Source: Camelus dromedarius (taxonomy: Eukaryota). Taken from it: DNA of 64,000 nucleotides. Of the stretch, positions 38,824 to 50,429 are shown piece by piece. The notes below the pieces were generated by a model that searched no databases, was not told where the DNA came from, and was given only the letters and a program-made list of their open reading frames with translations. Made by a program: the position numbers and the translations under genes. Position 1 is the first letter of the stretch, and every line of letters starts with the position of its first letter. The DNA lies in assembly GCF_036321535.1 (NCBI RefSeq), contig NC_087438.1, positions 3,040,001 to 3,104,000 on the forward strand. The letters run 5' to 3'.

Positions 38824-41318
38824 GTGGTTGTCCTATGGCTGGTATTGGTTTAAGTGCTGTCTCTTCACATATATATGTGTGTGTGTGTATGTGCATGTGT
38901 GTCTGTGTGCATCATGAGAGTGAGTTAACTAACTTACTCAATGTGATACAACTTTGTAAGTGGCAAACCCAGAATTTAAACACAGGCAGTGGTCCTCCAC
39001 ATGCTAAGTTGCAAAAATAAAATAAAACTTCGACCTGCAACTTGAAAAGGCATACTAGGTCCCATAAAATAAGCAGAATTATGCTATTATAACACATTTT
39101 TAAAACTTCAAAATAAAGAAAGGGTCTGTTTGATAGTCAAGCTGAAAGATCAAGTCACCATTACAGTGGGAAAGCCTTGTGCTCTCCTGCAGTTGCAACC
39201 AGTATGAAAAGACAGAGGAGAAAATTTGTAGGATTAAAACTCAAGACCCTAGAATTCCATATCCAGCCAGAAAGGCTATACAAAACATTCTACAGAAAAA
39301 CAAACAAACAAACAGCAACAACAACAACAAAAAAAAACAACTTCCATCAAACCAAGGATACCACTGGTGCTTGGTGGCAAAACCTGTGGGTTGTCTACAG
39401 CATGAGTGTCTTTCTTTGTAGAACTGTTTTAGGACTAGGGTTCCCAGCATCTCAGTTGGGCCCACCCACTGGAATAAAGATTCCATTTCCCCAGTTATGT
39501 TTGTGAAAGAAGACAGAAAACTGAGGGTTCCTGGACTATTTTTACCACCACTGAAATTCCCCTCTTGACATTTTTAACTCTCTGTCTCTAGTTACATGCA
39601 TCTGCTATTGGGATGCCTGTTTTTATACATCAGTTGTACCTGCTTTTAGAATATATGTAACTGAAACCATACACTGTGCGTTTCTTTTGTGACTGTTTTC
39701 TTTTGCTCAATATAATGTCTAATACATAATTTTTCCTGTTTTATGTGTAAGTAGTTCCTTTCTTTCTAATGTTGAGTGGTATTCTACTGTATGAGCAAAT
39801 CTCAAGCCTTATTCTGCTTATGGACATCAGATTTGTTACACATTTTTGGCCCTTATGATCTGACAAAGCCTTGTCTGCAGAATTTGGAGACACAACCACC
39901 ACCACTAGAATGACTAAAAGTTAAAAAAAGATAACAACAAAGGTTAATGAGTAATTGGGACTCTTACACATTGTTGGTAAGAATAGAAAATGGTAGAAAC
40001 ATTTTTGAAAATTGCTTGGTAGAGAAATAAGCATATATTCACAACATCAATTGTATAAAAATTTTAATGTGCACAGTATTTTTATTAAACAATAGCTGAA
40101 GTCTTTTTTATTGTGATTCCAATAGAAATGTCAATTAGAATTCTAGGGGATTTTTTAGTTTTTTAAGTCTATTAATGTTTATATAAATGAACAAACATAA
40201 TCATAAATTTTGTAGAAAGAGTGAGGAAGAACTGATCTGTCAGGTATTAAAAGGTATTATAAAGCTACAAACAGTTAAAATACAATGGTACTGATGCATG
40301 AAAAAACAGATGATTTTTGCCAAAAAATTTGGCTAAAAGTATAGATATAGAACAACATATACAGAGGTTTATTATTTCACAAAAGTTTTTTTCAAAATGG
40401 TGAAAAGGAGACTAATGAATTGCTGCTTAGCATTTCACACTAGGGCAAATAAGCAGTCGTATTTTAAAAATAGAATAAAATTGGATTTCCCATCTGACAG
40501 ATTATATTATAATAAATTCCATGTGGATCAAAGTTTTCATTCACATGTTAGATGACAAAACATTTGTTCATCTCAGTATGTTCTTCTCAGCACATACAGA
40601 TTAAAAATTAGATAAATTTTAACACCTTGATTGCAAACTAAAAATAGAAATGTCTCAATCTAATATGAAACATCTACCCAAAACCTATAGCAGATAGTCT
40701 TAATGTTAGGGTATTAGAAATATTCTCTTTAAAATCAATAATGAATCAATAATTTCCTGCCTAAATTCAACACTACACATGTTCCTTGTCTATGAGGCAA
40801 GATGAGCAACAAATTGATAATAAAAGCATGAATATTGTAAAAGAAAACAAAAATTCCTGATAGAGACAGTGTTCTGTCTATATGCAAAACCTATAGACAA
40901 TTTATTAAAGCTAATATGAGATTTAAGTCAAACTGCTGAATATAAGATAAATATACAAAAGTGAACATTTCTATTAGTCACCTTTGCACAGTTAGAAAGT
41001 CCAATTATAAGCAAAATTTGCAATAACAACAAAATTTAATCTAACTAAAAATAAATCTAGCAAATCATCCTGCAAGAATTTAAGAAAATGATAATCCTTG
41101 ATTGAAAGATATCGATAAATTAATGGATTGAAAAACGTAATTTATAAATGTTAATTACCACAAAATTACATATTTTACATAATTCCAAATGAAATTCCAA
41201 AACATTTTCATCACTAAAATTAATCAGCTGATTTTTAAAGAAAAAGCACAGCAAACAGCAAAGACATTTTAAAGAACAAAATGAGGAGATTTGCTTTACA
41301 TGTTACCAAGACTTTACA

Positions 41319-42401
41319 TACAGTAAAGGAAACCATCAATAAAACAAAAAGACCACCTATCGAACGGGAGAAGATGTTTACAAATTATATATCTAATAAG
41401 AGATTAATAGTCAAAACATACAAAGAACTCATACAAGTCAATAGCAAAAAACAAAAAAATCAATTAAATATTGGACAGAGGACCTGAGCAGATATTTTTC
41501 CAAAGATGTACAGATGACCAACAGACACATGAAAAGATGCTTAAAGAGTTATTCCCTATTTATCAGGGAAACACAAATCAAGACCACAATGAGTTATCAC
41601 TCATTCCACCCCTGCCACCTGTCAGAATAATTATTATTAAAAAGACAACAAATAACAAGTGTTGGTGAGGATGTGGAAAAAAGGGAATGTAAATCAGTGC
41701 AGCCACTGTGGAAAACGTTATGGATGTTTCTCAAAAAATTTAAAATAGAATGATCCAGCAACTTCACATCTGGGTATTTATCCAAAGAAAATAAAAATAA
41801 TAATTTAAAAAAGCATATGCACACCAATGTTCATTTGCAGCATAATTTACAACAGCCAACATATGGTAGTAACCTAAGTGCCACGATGAATGGATCAACG
41901 GAGAAAGAAGATCTGGTATAGATTATATACACTCAGCCATAAAATAATACACATTATTTTATAATATTTTATAACACACAATATTTTATTTTGTAAATAA
42001 TGAAATATTAATCAGTCATAAATTTAATGAAATTCTATCCTTTATAACAACATGGATGAAACTAGAGGGAGTCAAAAAACAAAATAAACGAGCAAACAAA
42101 ACAAAAACAGAACCATAGATACAGAGAACAAAGCGATTGTTGCCAGAAGGGAGGGGGTGGGGACGATGGGTGAAAGAGGCAGAGGGAGGTAAGCGGTATG
42201 AACTTTCAGTTACAAAATAAATGTCAAGAGGATGCAATGTAGAGCATGGGGAATATTGTCAATAGTATTGTAGTGTCTTTGTGTGGTAACTAGGCTTATT
42301 ATGGTGATCAATTTGTAATGTATAAAAATATCGAATCAGTATATGGTACACCTGAAACTAATATAACGGTGAAAGTCATTTATACTTCAATTTTTTAAAA
42401 A
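41319..42401 (+). mobile_element. L1MA-type (laurasiatherian) ORF2 end plus 3' UTR, nested in older L1
   Basis: ORF2-like peptide TVKETINKTKRPPIEREKMFTNYISNKRLI and the 3' end TACACCTGAAACTAATATAAC..TTATACTTCAAT. Near-TSD AAGACTTTACA (41308-41318) vs AAGACATTACA (42402-42412). Confidence 0.8.
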
Positions 42402-42966
42402 AAGACATTACAAAGCTGGTGTCATTGCCACAAAGATAAAATAAAATAGAACAGAAAACTTAGACGTTCACATGTTAGGGAAGATTGATGGATGACAGAA
42501 ACAGCACATAGCTCCACGGAAAGGAAATTTCAATAAATAAACTCGCATGACTAGTTTTTAAATTAAAAAAAATAAAGGAAAAAGGAATGCTACTGCATAA
42601 ACACAAAATAATTAACTCCCAAAGATTAGGCAGATGTGAAAGGTATATTTTAAAAGCATTTTAAAAATACCAGAAAATATCTTACCCAGTGAATAAGAGA
42701 TTTCCTTAAATAGAACAGACAGGATAAACTATAAAGAAAAATAGTGGTCATTTCCACTTCATTATGTAAATTTACAATTTTGTTTAGCAAAAGTCACAAT
42801 TAAAATAGTGAGACAACAATTTTTAAAAACTGGGAGAAGATGTTTTTGAGATATAAAACCAACACGGGAGCAATATTCAGAATGTAGAACAGACTGCCAA
42901 TCCATGAGAACAAGAAAAACAACAAAACTGAAATATGAATAAAAGAAATAATGAAAAAGAATCTGA

Positions 42967-43063
42967 AAACAAATATATGCGTGCATATGTGCCGCTGAAA
43001 CATTGTGCTGCACACTAGAAACTGACACATGGTAAACTGACGGTACTTCAATTAAAAAAAAAG
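42967..43063 (+). mobile_element. Very short camelid-type L1 3' tail
   Basis: TTGTGCTGCACACTAGAAACTGACACATGGTAAACTGACGGTACTTCAATTAAAAAAAAA, flanked by AAAGAATCTGA (42956-42966, 43064-43074). Confidence 0.75.
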
Positions 43064-44208
43064 AAAGAATCTGACAGTTTTCAGAAGTAGCATGGTTCAT
43101 AAACAGGTAAACAGATGCTCAGTCAACTTAGTAATCAGGAGATGTTTTCCTTCTATTCCTCAGACAGGTAAAATTTACAGATTTTTGAAAATGTCCACAT
43201 TGGTCAAGATGAAACCATCATGAACACGGATGAGTCCTGGTGGAAGTGGAAGTAGGCAATGACTAAACACCTAATAGAGCTGAAACTGCACATCTTTTAT
43301 AACACTGCCATCCCTCACATGGCTATGTTCGCCCCACGGCCAGCGTTCACAGGGAGACCTGAATGTGTATGTTCATAGCGGAAAGGTTTGTACAAAAAAA
43401 ATTTGAATCAAAATGTCTTCTACTGGAGAAGCCATCAATTAATCCAGGTAGAGACTCACATTCTAATGCAGAAGGGATATCAACAAACCAGGACAACAAA
43501 ACCAGCACAGAAGGCTCTCATAAAAAGGGTATTTCTACAGATATTTATGACACTATTTAGATAAATTAAAAATAAAATATATATTGTTTCAAGATAAAGT
43601 TTACATATGATAAATATTCAGAGAAGCATGGGAATAGTGGAAGCTAAATTTGAGATCATGGTCAACTCTGGGCATGGGGGGCATGGTGTGGAGGGTGATG
43701 TGGTTTGAAAGGCTGTCGTGGGGACTTCAACACTATGGGTGCTATTTCATTTCTAAATGAACACTTTTGGTCCAGTGGACACATGTTCTTGAATGTTGAG
43801 AGCCTGTCCCTAGTGGTCCCACCCATTTTGCCCTAATAACTCTCCAGCACTTGTTAAGATTCTCCTAGGGTCCATCCCCTTTTGGAAGCGTGCCCCTGAT
43901 TTCAGCTTTTAAACAGCCTCTGACATCACATTGCATTTTCAGGTTGTTCTATAATTGTCAGTGTACAAACTCATCTCATCCACAGGACTGCTACGGGAGT
44001 GAATATTGGAAACAGTATTCATATTTTTAGGTACCTTATATACGCTAGTCATTGTCTGAACACTGTATACGTATCCATATCCAGACTGAAGAGTTGATCA
44101 AAGTCGTGCAAGGCATCTTTTAAAAAGATATTTTCTATAAACTTTTATGTAACGAACAATTAGCACTTACTATGGTCCAGTCAATATTAGATGAACGATG
44201 AAATTCTG

Positions 44209-44599
44209 GATGAATTTCCTAGATCTGCCATAGAAGGTTATCCCATGCAGTTTGGCATGAAATAAAAGAAATGTATTTTCTAACAGAATCCAGAATCCCG
44301 GTGTTATCCAGGCTGGTTTCTCCTGAGGGAGAGTTAGCTTCCTGCGGTGTCTGCAGGGCTTAGCGTCCCTAGGCTGGTAGTACGGTTGCCCAATCTCTGC
44401 CTCCGTCTTTACATCGCCTTCTCTTCTATGTGCCTTAAAAAGACTCCAGTCATTGGTTACAGGGCCCACCTTCAGAAAAGAGGTCTTCATCCTGTGTTCC
44501 TTAACTAATTCCACCTACAGAAACCTTATTTGTAAATAAGGTCTCACTCTGAGGTTCTTGGTGGACACACATTTTGAGGGACATTGTTAACCTCACTAC
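44209..44599 (-). mobile_element. MLT1B/C-like solo LTR
   Basis: CCAATCTCTGCCTCCGTCTTTACATCGCCTTCTC..CCAGTCATTGG..AGGGCCCACC..AAATAAGGTCTCACTCTGAGGT. Confidence 0.8.
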
Positions 44600-44619
44600 G
44601 CTTTCCAAATATTCACTCA

Positions 44620-44790
44620 CACATATTTTCACAGGGAGCCCATGAGGTCAACACATATTCCTGTTCCCCTTTACAGATGAGGAAACCAAGGTACAGAGGG
44701 TTTAGGTACTTGCCTAGAGTCACAGCAAGAAAGAGCTGGGATTTGAACAGGGGCTGTCCAGTACCACGCCCAGGGCTCTGTCCACTTTTC
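44620..44790 (-). mobile_element. MIR SINE
   Basis: CCCTTTACAGATGAGGAAACCAAGG..ACTTGCCTAGAGTCACAG..GGGATTTGAAC. Confidence 0.8.
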
Positions 44791-45899
44791 CAGGCTCACA
44801 AGAAGAGTATGTGCCCTGAGATCTTACCCTGGCTGTCCCACAGTGGACAGAACACATAAGTTGACTTTGATGCACATGCCAGCAAAGGTTCCACTTCTTC
44901 CATCCCCTCTGGGGGCCCAAACACATCAGAAAAACACATTTGAACACTGGCTTTTAAGTGCTCTGGGCAGTTACATGTGAGCCCCAGGAGAGGCGCTGCA
45001 GTGCAGTCAGTGGTCCTGAAAGCCAGGGGGTCTGTGGTAGGGACCTGTCCTTGACTTGCTCAGGAGTCACCTGCTGTATATAAACCAACAAGCAGAAATA
45101 TCCACCTAGTTTTCAGGGGAAATGTGCAAAACAGACCAGCCATCATCTCCTTGGAGATGATGTGTTTCTAAATTTGATTTGAACTTGACCCACATCCTCC
45201 CTAACTAGCATCCCCAGGACTGAGAAGACATGGAAGTTTGGAATCGAGTCAGGGAGAGCCGTCCTGCAGGCTGGGCTTGGCCTCCATGCACTAGGGCACT
45301 CTGGAGAGCCCCAGCCTGGGCACTCTTCATGGTTCTGGCTGAGATCACGTGGAAAACCACCCCCAGTTCTCCTTTTCCTTGATTCTGAGGGTTTAGGATG
45401 AGGTCTGTGTGTCTGTGCGAACTCACCCCATGGAGGAGCCACCAGCCTTCCACCCAGTCTCCAGGACCAGCCCCGTCTGCTCCAGGCAGCCCACGGCCCC
45501 GCCAGCCACGGAGTCCTGCTCGCTGTCCTGGGACCTTCAGTAGGGCAACCCTGGGGTGTGGTGATCATGGGGTAATCACCCCACTGGGTGCTGGATTCAC
45601 AGCTGCAGCTCAAATCTTACGACACCTGGGAGGGGCGATTATCTGCTATCACGCTTAATTCTTAATTAAAACAAGACCCTGCACTAAAACGGGACCGGGG
45701 AGCGGATTACGCCCCTCTCTGGTGAGACAACGGGGTGTGGGCTCCCTGGGAGCTTGGGTCAGTTCCTAGGACCCCTCCACAGGGCGGAGAGGCACCCCTG
45801 TGAAATCTTAGCACTGCATAAATTGCAGAGGACACCCCCACCAAAATAAAAGCACAAGCCCTGGGCCTTTCTGGTGCCAACCGCCCTGGAGGGCATGCT

Positions 45900-47300
45900 C
45901 AGTTTCACACTCTTTTAACCTTTCAAGCCTGATTGTGAGCTGTATTCTCATTAGCAGGTTTCCGTGGACTCAGGAGGGAGGGGCTGGTACTGCTCTTATT
46001 ACAGAAAATTAGAATAACTGGGTGTTAGAGCTAATACAGGGCGGCCAGACCTGCAATTAAAGAAAGTAATTTTAAACCATGGTGAAATATTAATATTAAA
46101 AGTGTTCCAAGGACAGGAATCTAATTAACACCAGTTAAAGAAAAGCCTTAAAGATTCTAATTTTATGATCTTCTTAAATAAAAATTAACCTGATTACAGC
46201 CTGCTCTTAAAGGTTACATTTATTAAAAAGTTCCAAGCAATTTAACTACAATGGGTTTCGACAAGACAGCTTCCTGTCTGCACAGCCTGCCTATTTTTAA
46301 ATTTTATGAGGTTCTCCTGGCAGAGTTTTGTACCAGTTAAGATGAAAATTCGGATGCATGGCACCCTTTAAAAGGAGGGGGTGGGGGAGAGGAGGAGGAG
46401 GAAGAAGAGGAAGAAGAAAGAAAAATAATCAATTTGGTATCAAATTTATTCCAAAGCAGAGAAGCGCATATCTTTTTTTTTCCTGAGGGTGGAAAAAAGA
46501 CATGCCGAGGGGTCAAAGGTCACACAACGAGGAGACAGTATTGTGTAGAAACTGTCACGCATCACCACCTATTTTGACATGCACGGGGCCGTTTGTTGTC
46601 TGTCGAACATGCAAATTAAGTGCCTGCTGTCATAGCCAGCCGATATCTGAGAGTGGAAAATGAGACCACCTGTAACCAGTGAATGGTGTGATGGACAAGC
46701 ATTCAGGGCTCGTCATCTCCGAGGCCATTCACACCACCTTCGAATTGCATATGACATGTAAAAACCTTTTCTTAATATTCACAACCGGGAAGTTTGGGGA
46801 ATTACAGAGGCTTCAACCGCTGCGTCTAATGGGTTCTCCAAGCAGACAGCTGTGACTGTGAGCTGGCTTGATAATTAGGTGTCCAGGAAGATTTTATGCT
46901 ACGAATCAGTTAAAAGGGAGAAAAGAAAAAGAAAAGAATGGCAAGCAAAACTCGCTGGGATGGAAATTACATTAACCCTTGGGTGTCTCCTGCCTGTGCG
47001 CTTTCTAGGAACCAGGAGTCACTTTCCAGACGGAGCGTAGTCACAGCTCCCTGGGCCTGGGTTTCATCTGTGAACCTGCCCCCGTGTACGGGCTGGAACA
47101 GCCCGTTCGTTCGGGCCGCCGTCCAGAAAGGGGTCACCCGGCGCTAAATGGGATTCCGCTTTCCAGAGTTAGGCAAGGCTTCCTCATATGCATTCAGATT
47201 TTTCCGTCAAAATTAAAATTTTGAGAGGTGTATTCTCCCAGAATAACAGACAGGCACAGGGAAGGATGGCAGGTTCATGCAAATCAAAGAGCTTGAAACG
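45900..47300. promoter_or_regulatory. Candidate developmental enhancer / conserved non-coding block
   Basis: No recognisable repeats. Contains DR1 GGGTCA-A-AGGTCA (46510-46522), Sox-like TATTGT (46539-46544), octamers ATGCAAAT (46609-46616, 47277-47284) and many TAAT cores. Confidence 0.5.
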
Positions 47301-50300
47301 CAGCTCCCACCCTTTGCTGTGTTTCTTCACCAGAGGTTCGTACTTATCTGTGTGGAAGGGGCACCCAAAGTGACATCTAGGCAAAAAGAACCGGGAAATA
47401 AAGTCTGATTGAGAACCTTGTACTCCGTGCGTTTGGACTGGAACCGATGCGTGAGAAACATGGGGCTACCTGTAATTGAGACCGGCTAATTTAAAGTGGG
47501 AGAATGCTGTTTATCGAAAATCACCACCATTTTCCTCCTCAAACACCAGCTCCCGAATTCCAGCGGAGCTTGATTGGTGAAATCCAGATTGGCATCTCCC
47601 AGATAACGGGCCTCTCCCTCCTCTCCAGTCCCCTCGGCGAGCAGGGATGCTGACAAATCGCACCAACTCAGGCTGGGGCTGTGGTGTCCGAGTCTACGTG
47701 GGGCTCGCCCGGTGCCGCCCAGGGGCTCTGACATCATCTTCCCACTCACCCCTCTATCGGAAGGCAAAGAGCAGAGATTTGCTCCAACAAGGAAATTAGG
47801 CTTCTTTGAAGGAAGCCACGAGGCTATAGCTATCTCACCTGGGGTGAGGACGGATTTGGGGACAAGCACCCTTGTCAGGCTTGGAGTAAGATGATTTCAT
47901 GGGTCTCCCATCTGAAGATCATAAGGATTAAGTATATATATTCTGAACAGGCAATGCCATCACCCTTTACCCCTGGGTCGATAAATGACCTCTTGTTTCA
48001 CCTGTTGTTTGGGACGCCACTGTTATGTGTGTTACATCCAGTCTTCGTGTTGCCAGTGTAGAAAGTGCTGGTAACTGGCCAAACTCCCTTTTGTCCAACA
48101 AGGATATATTGAGGGACCGCTGTGGCCAGGTTACGGGCACCGGTGATTCTCTGGTGAACAGGAGTGAAAATATCTTGCTCTGTTGGCACTTCGATTCTAG
48201 TGAAGGGAAACACTGGGCGGCAAAGACATTAAACGAGTGAATCTATGAAGTTACACGGCAACAGCAAAATAAACACAGAGGGGCCAGCGTTCCAGGAAGC
48301 TCTGCGCTTAGAGGCCAGCAGGGAGGCGGCAGCAGCAGGCTAAAAGCTCATTGTTGGATTTGCCCAAATTGAGAATACCTGTTATTGAAAGAGAAGTCTG
48401 TTTCCATGGTGCCCTGCAGCCAAGCTGAGGAGCTTGGCAAGCACAGCATTATTTAAAAAGTGAAATACACGGACTTGCAAGTAAATGGATTCTGACACAG
48501 GCAAAAGCAACAAGCAACGCAGATCCCTCTCTAGCGCCTCTGATGCACTTTTCTGTCGCGTGTGGTCCTGCGGCTGCTTGGGCAGGTTGCACCTGTGTGG
48601 AGGGAACGCTGTGTAACAGAGGCCGCTGCGCCTCTTCTTCCAGGGCCGTGCTCCGTGACGTCACCTTGGCAGGCTGACATCGACCGTGGCGGGACTATTT
48701 CCACCACAGGACTGGCAGATGCTACCTACCAAGGCCTTCCTCCCACCCCTGAGCACCCGCCAGCACATCGCTCACGAGCGCATGGTGCCCTCTCCCCACC
48801 ATGACCTGGTCTGCTCTGGTTCTGGTCCCGCGGCTGTCAGACAGCTGGTACCTCACAGGAAAAGGATGCGAAGCCCCAGGAGCCCCGGGGAAGGAAGGCT
48901 AGTGCCAGCTCGTCCTTCCTGAGGAGGGATGCTGAACTCGATGACATTAACCCCGAGGTACCACTTCCTGCTTTTGGAGAAAGCTTCTCCAGCCCTTGAA
49001 CCTCCACTCCCCAGGCCCCTAGGTGACCTTAAGGCCCTGGGCCAAGTCCCCCTCCCCGTCAAAAGAGCTTCAGCTCCAAAATTAACATGCACGTCCCAGG
49101 GAAGCGTTTGCATAAATGATTTTGACCAGAAGTGACTTCTCATTGGGAGAATTTCGGAGCCTGGGAATTTGGTTTCAGTACAGTGACTTAGTTACAACGT
49201 CTGGAGGAGGGTCACTTGGAGTGGTCACAGGAGATGAGTTGCCTCAAAGGGCTTGTGTATTTCTCTATCTTGGGGTCCTCAGTGCCTGAGAAAAGGCTCT
49301 TTCCAGTGACACTTCAACACAGAACCCCCGGGACCCCGCGAGGCCACACCTGCGCATCGTGCGCGGCTCCCGCAGGCCGCAGAGGAGCAGCCCCAGGCAG
49401 CTGTCTGGGCTCTGGGAGCCTGGGGATGAGACAGAGAAGGCGGTCACCTCTGAAAGCCCGCAGCGTTCGCAAATGGGACATTTCTGCTTTCAGCTGAGCC
49501 GTTGGGATTCATGTCTCCAAAGCTATTGCACAGTCTGGGGGGAAATGTAACATCCACTTGTGTTCAGTGTGGAGAAGAAAACGATGACTATTTTCACAGA
49601 AATAGAGATGCTTTTGCAAATAAATATACAGAACGGATTGATTGATTCATTCATTTAACCATCCTGGGTTCCACGTGGTGACTGAGAAGAAAGACGCAGG
49701 GCCTCGAACCAGCACCCCGTTATCTCTGGCCTGTACTGCTGCATTTAGGGTCTTATTTTTTATCACCTTCGATTACAGAAAACAATGAAACTGTGTTTTC
49801 CAGTAAACTCAGAGAACACGTCTTTAACCGTCCTGTTTGTGGGCACAAAGCAGCAGCCTCACAGCTTCAGAAGGAGCGGGCGTCTGGGGCCGAAGGGCTC
49901 CTGGCCTTGCTGGGCCTCAGCAACGCCAGGAGCCAGGGCCGTGGGCAGGGTGCTGGCGCAGCGAGACGGCCTGCTTTTCCCGGGGGATCAGGACACGTGT
50001 CCTCTGGAGGCAGCAAAGAGGCTGTCTGTGACTTGAGTGATGGGCAGGGTGCATATGACACTTGCTTTTCTGGCTTAAGGGCAATTTTGGTTCCCAAATA
50101 ACGGTGCCAGGCAGGGAAGCTTGAATTCAGGAAGCGGGAGCTACAGGAGTCGGAGCAGTGAGGTGGAGGCCTTTGAGGAGGGGAGTTCTGTAGGAACCAC
50201 TTGGCCATGCTGTCACCTTTCCAGGGCATCCAGGCTTTGACGCCCTCAGAGGTGAGTCACAGAGGCCCGGGGGGGGGGGGGGCGGCATGGCGACAGCCCC

Positions 50301-50429
50301 CTTTACTCCACAGCCAACAGACCCACAAAGGCTGAGAGAGAGATTTACCCTTGAACAGTTTGGAGGTTTTCTTTTTCTTTTTCTCTAAACAATTCCCTTG
50401 TGTATTACACTAAGCAGTCATCAAATATT

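Larger units (their letters stand above)
39550..43760. mobile_element. Patchwork of ancient L1 (L1ME/L1MC) fragments
   Basis: Continuous A-rich decayed L1 ORF2/3'-end motifs, mostly + strand, with an antisense piece at ~39.55-39.86 kb. Confidence 0.6.

Noticed and set aside
41281..41668. ORFs with L1 ORF2 similarity
   Set aside because: Frameshifted, truncated relics of an old L1, not a functional retrotransposon or domesticated gene.
48655..48664. Palindromic CRE GTGACGTCAC (another TGACGTCA at 52249-52256)
   Set aside because: Isolated 8-10-bp motifs are expected by chance in 64 kb and have no supporting context.
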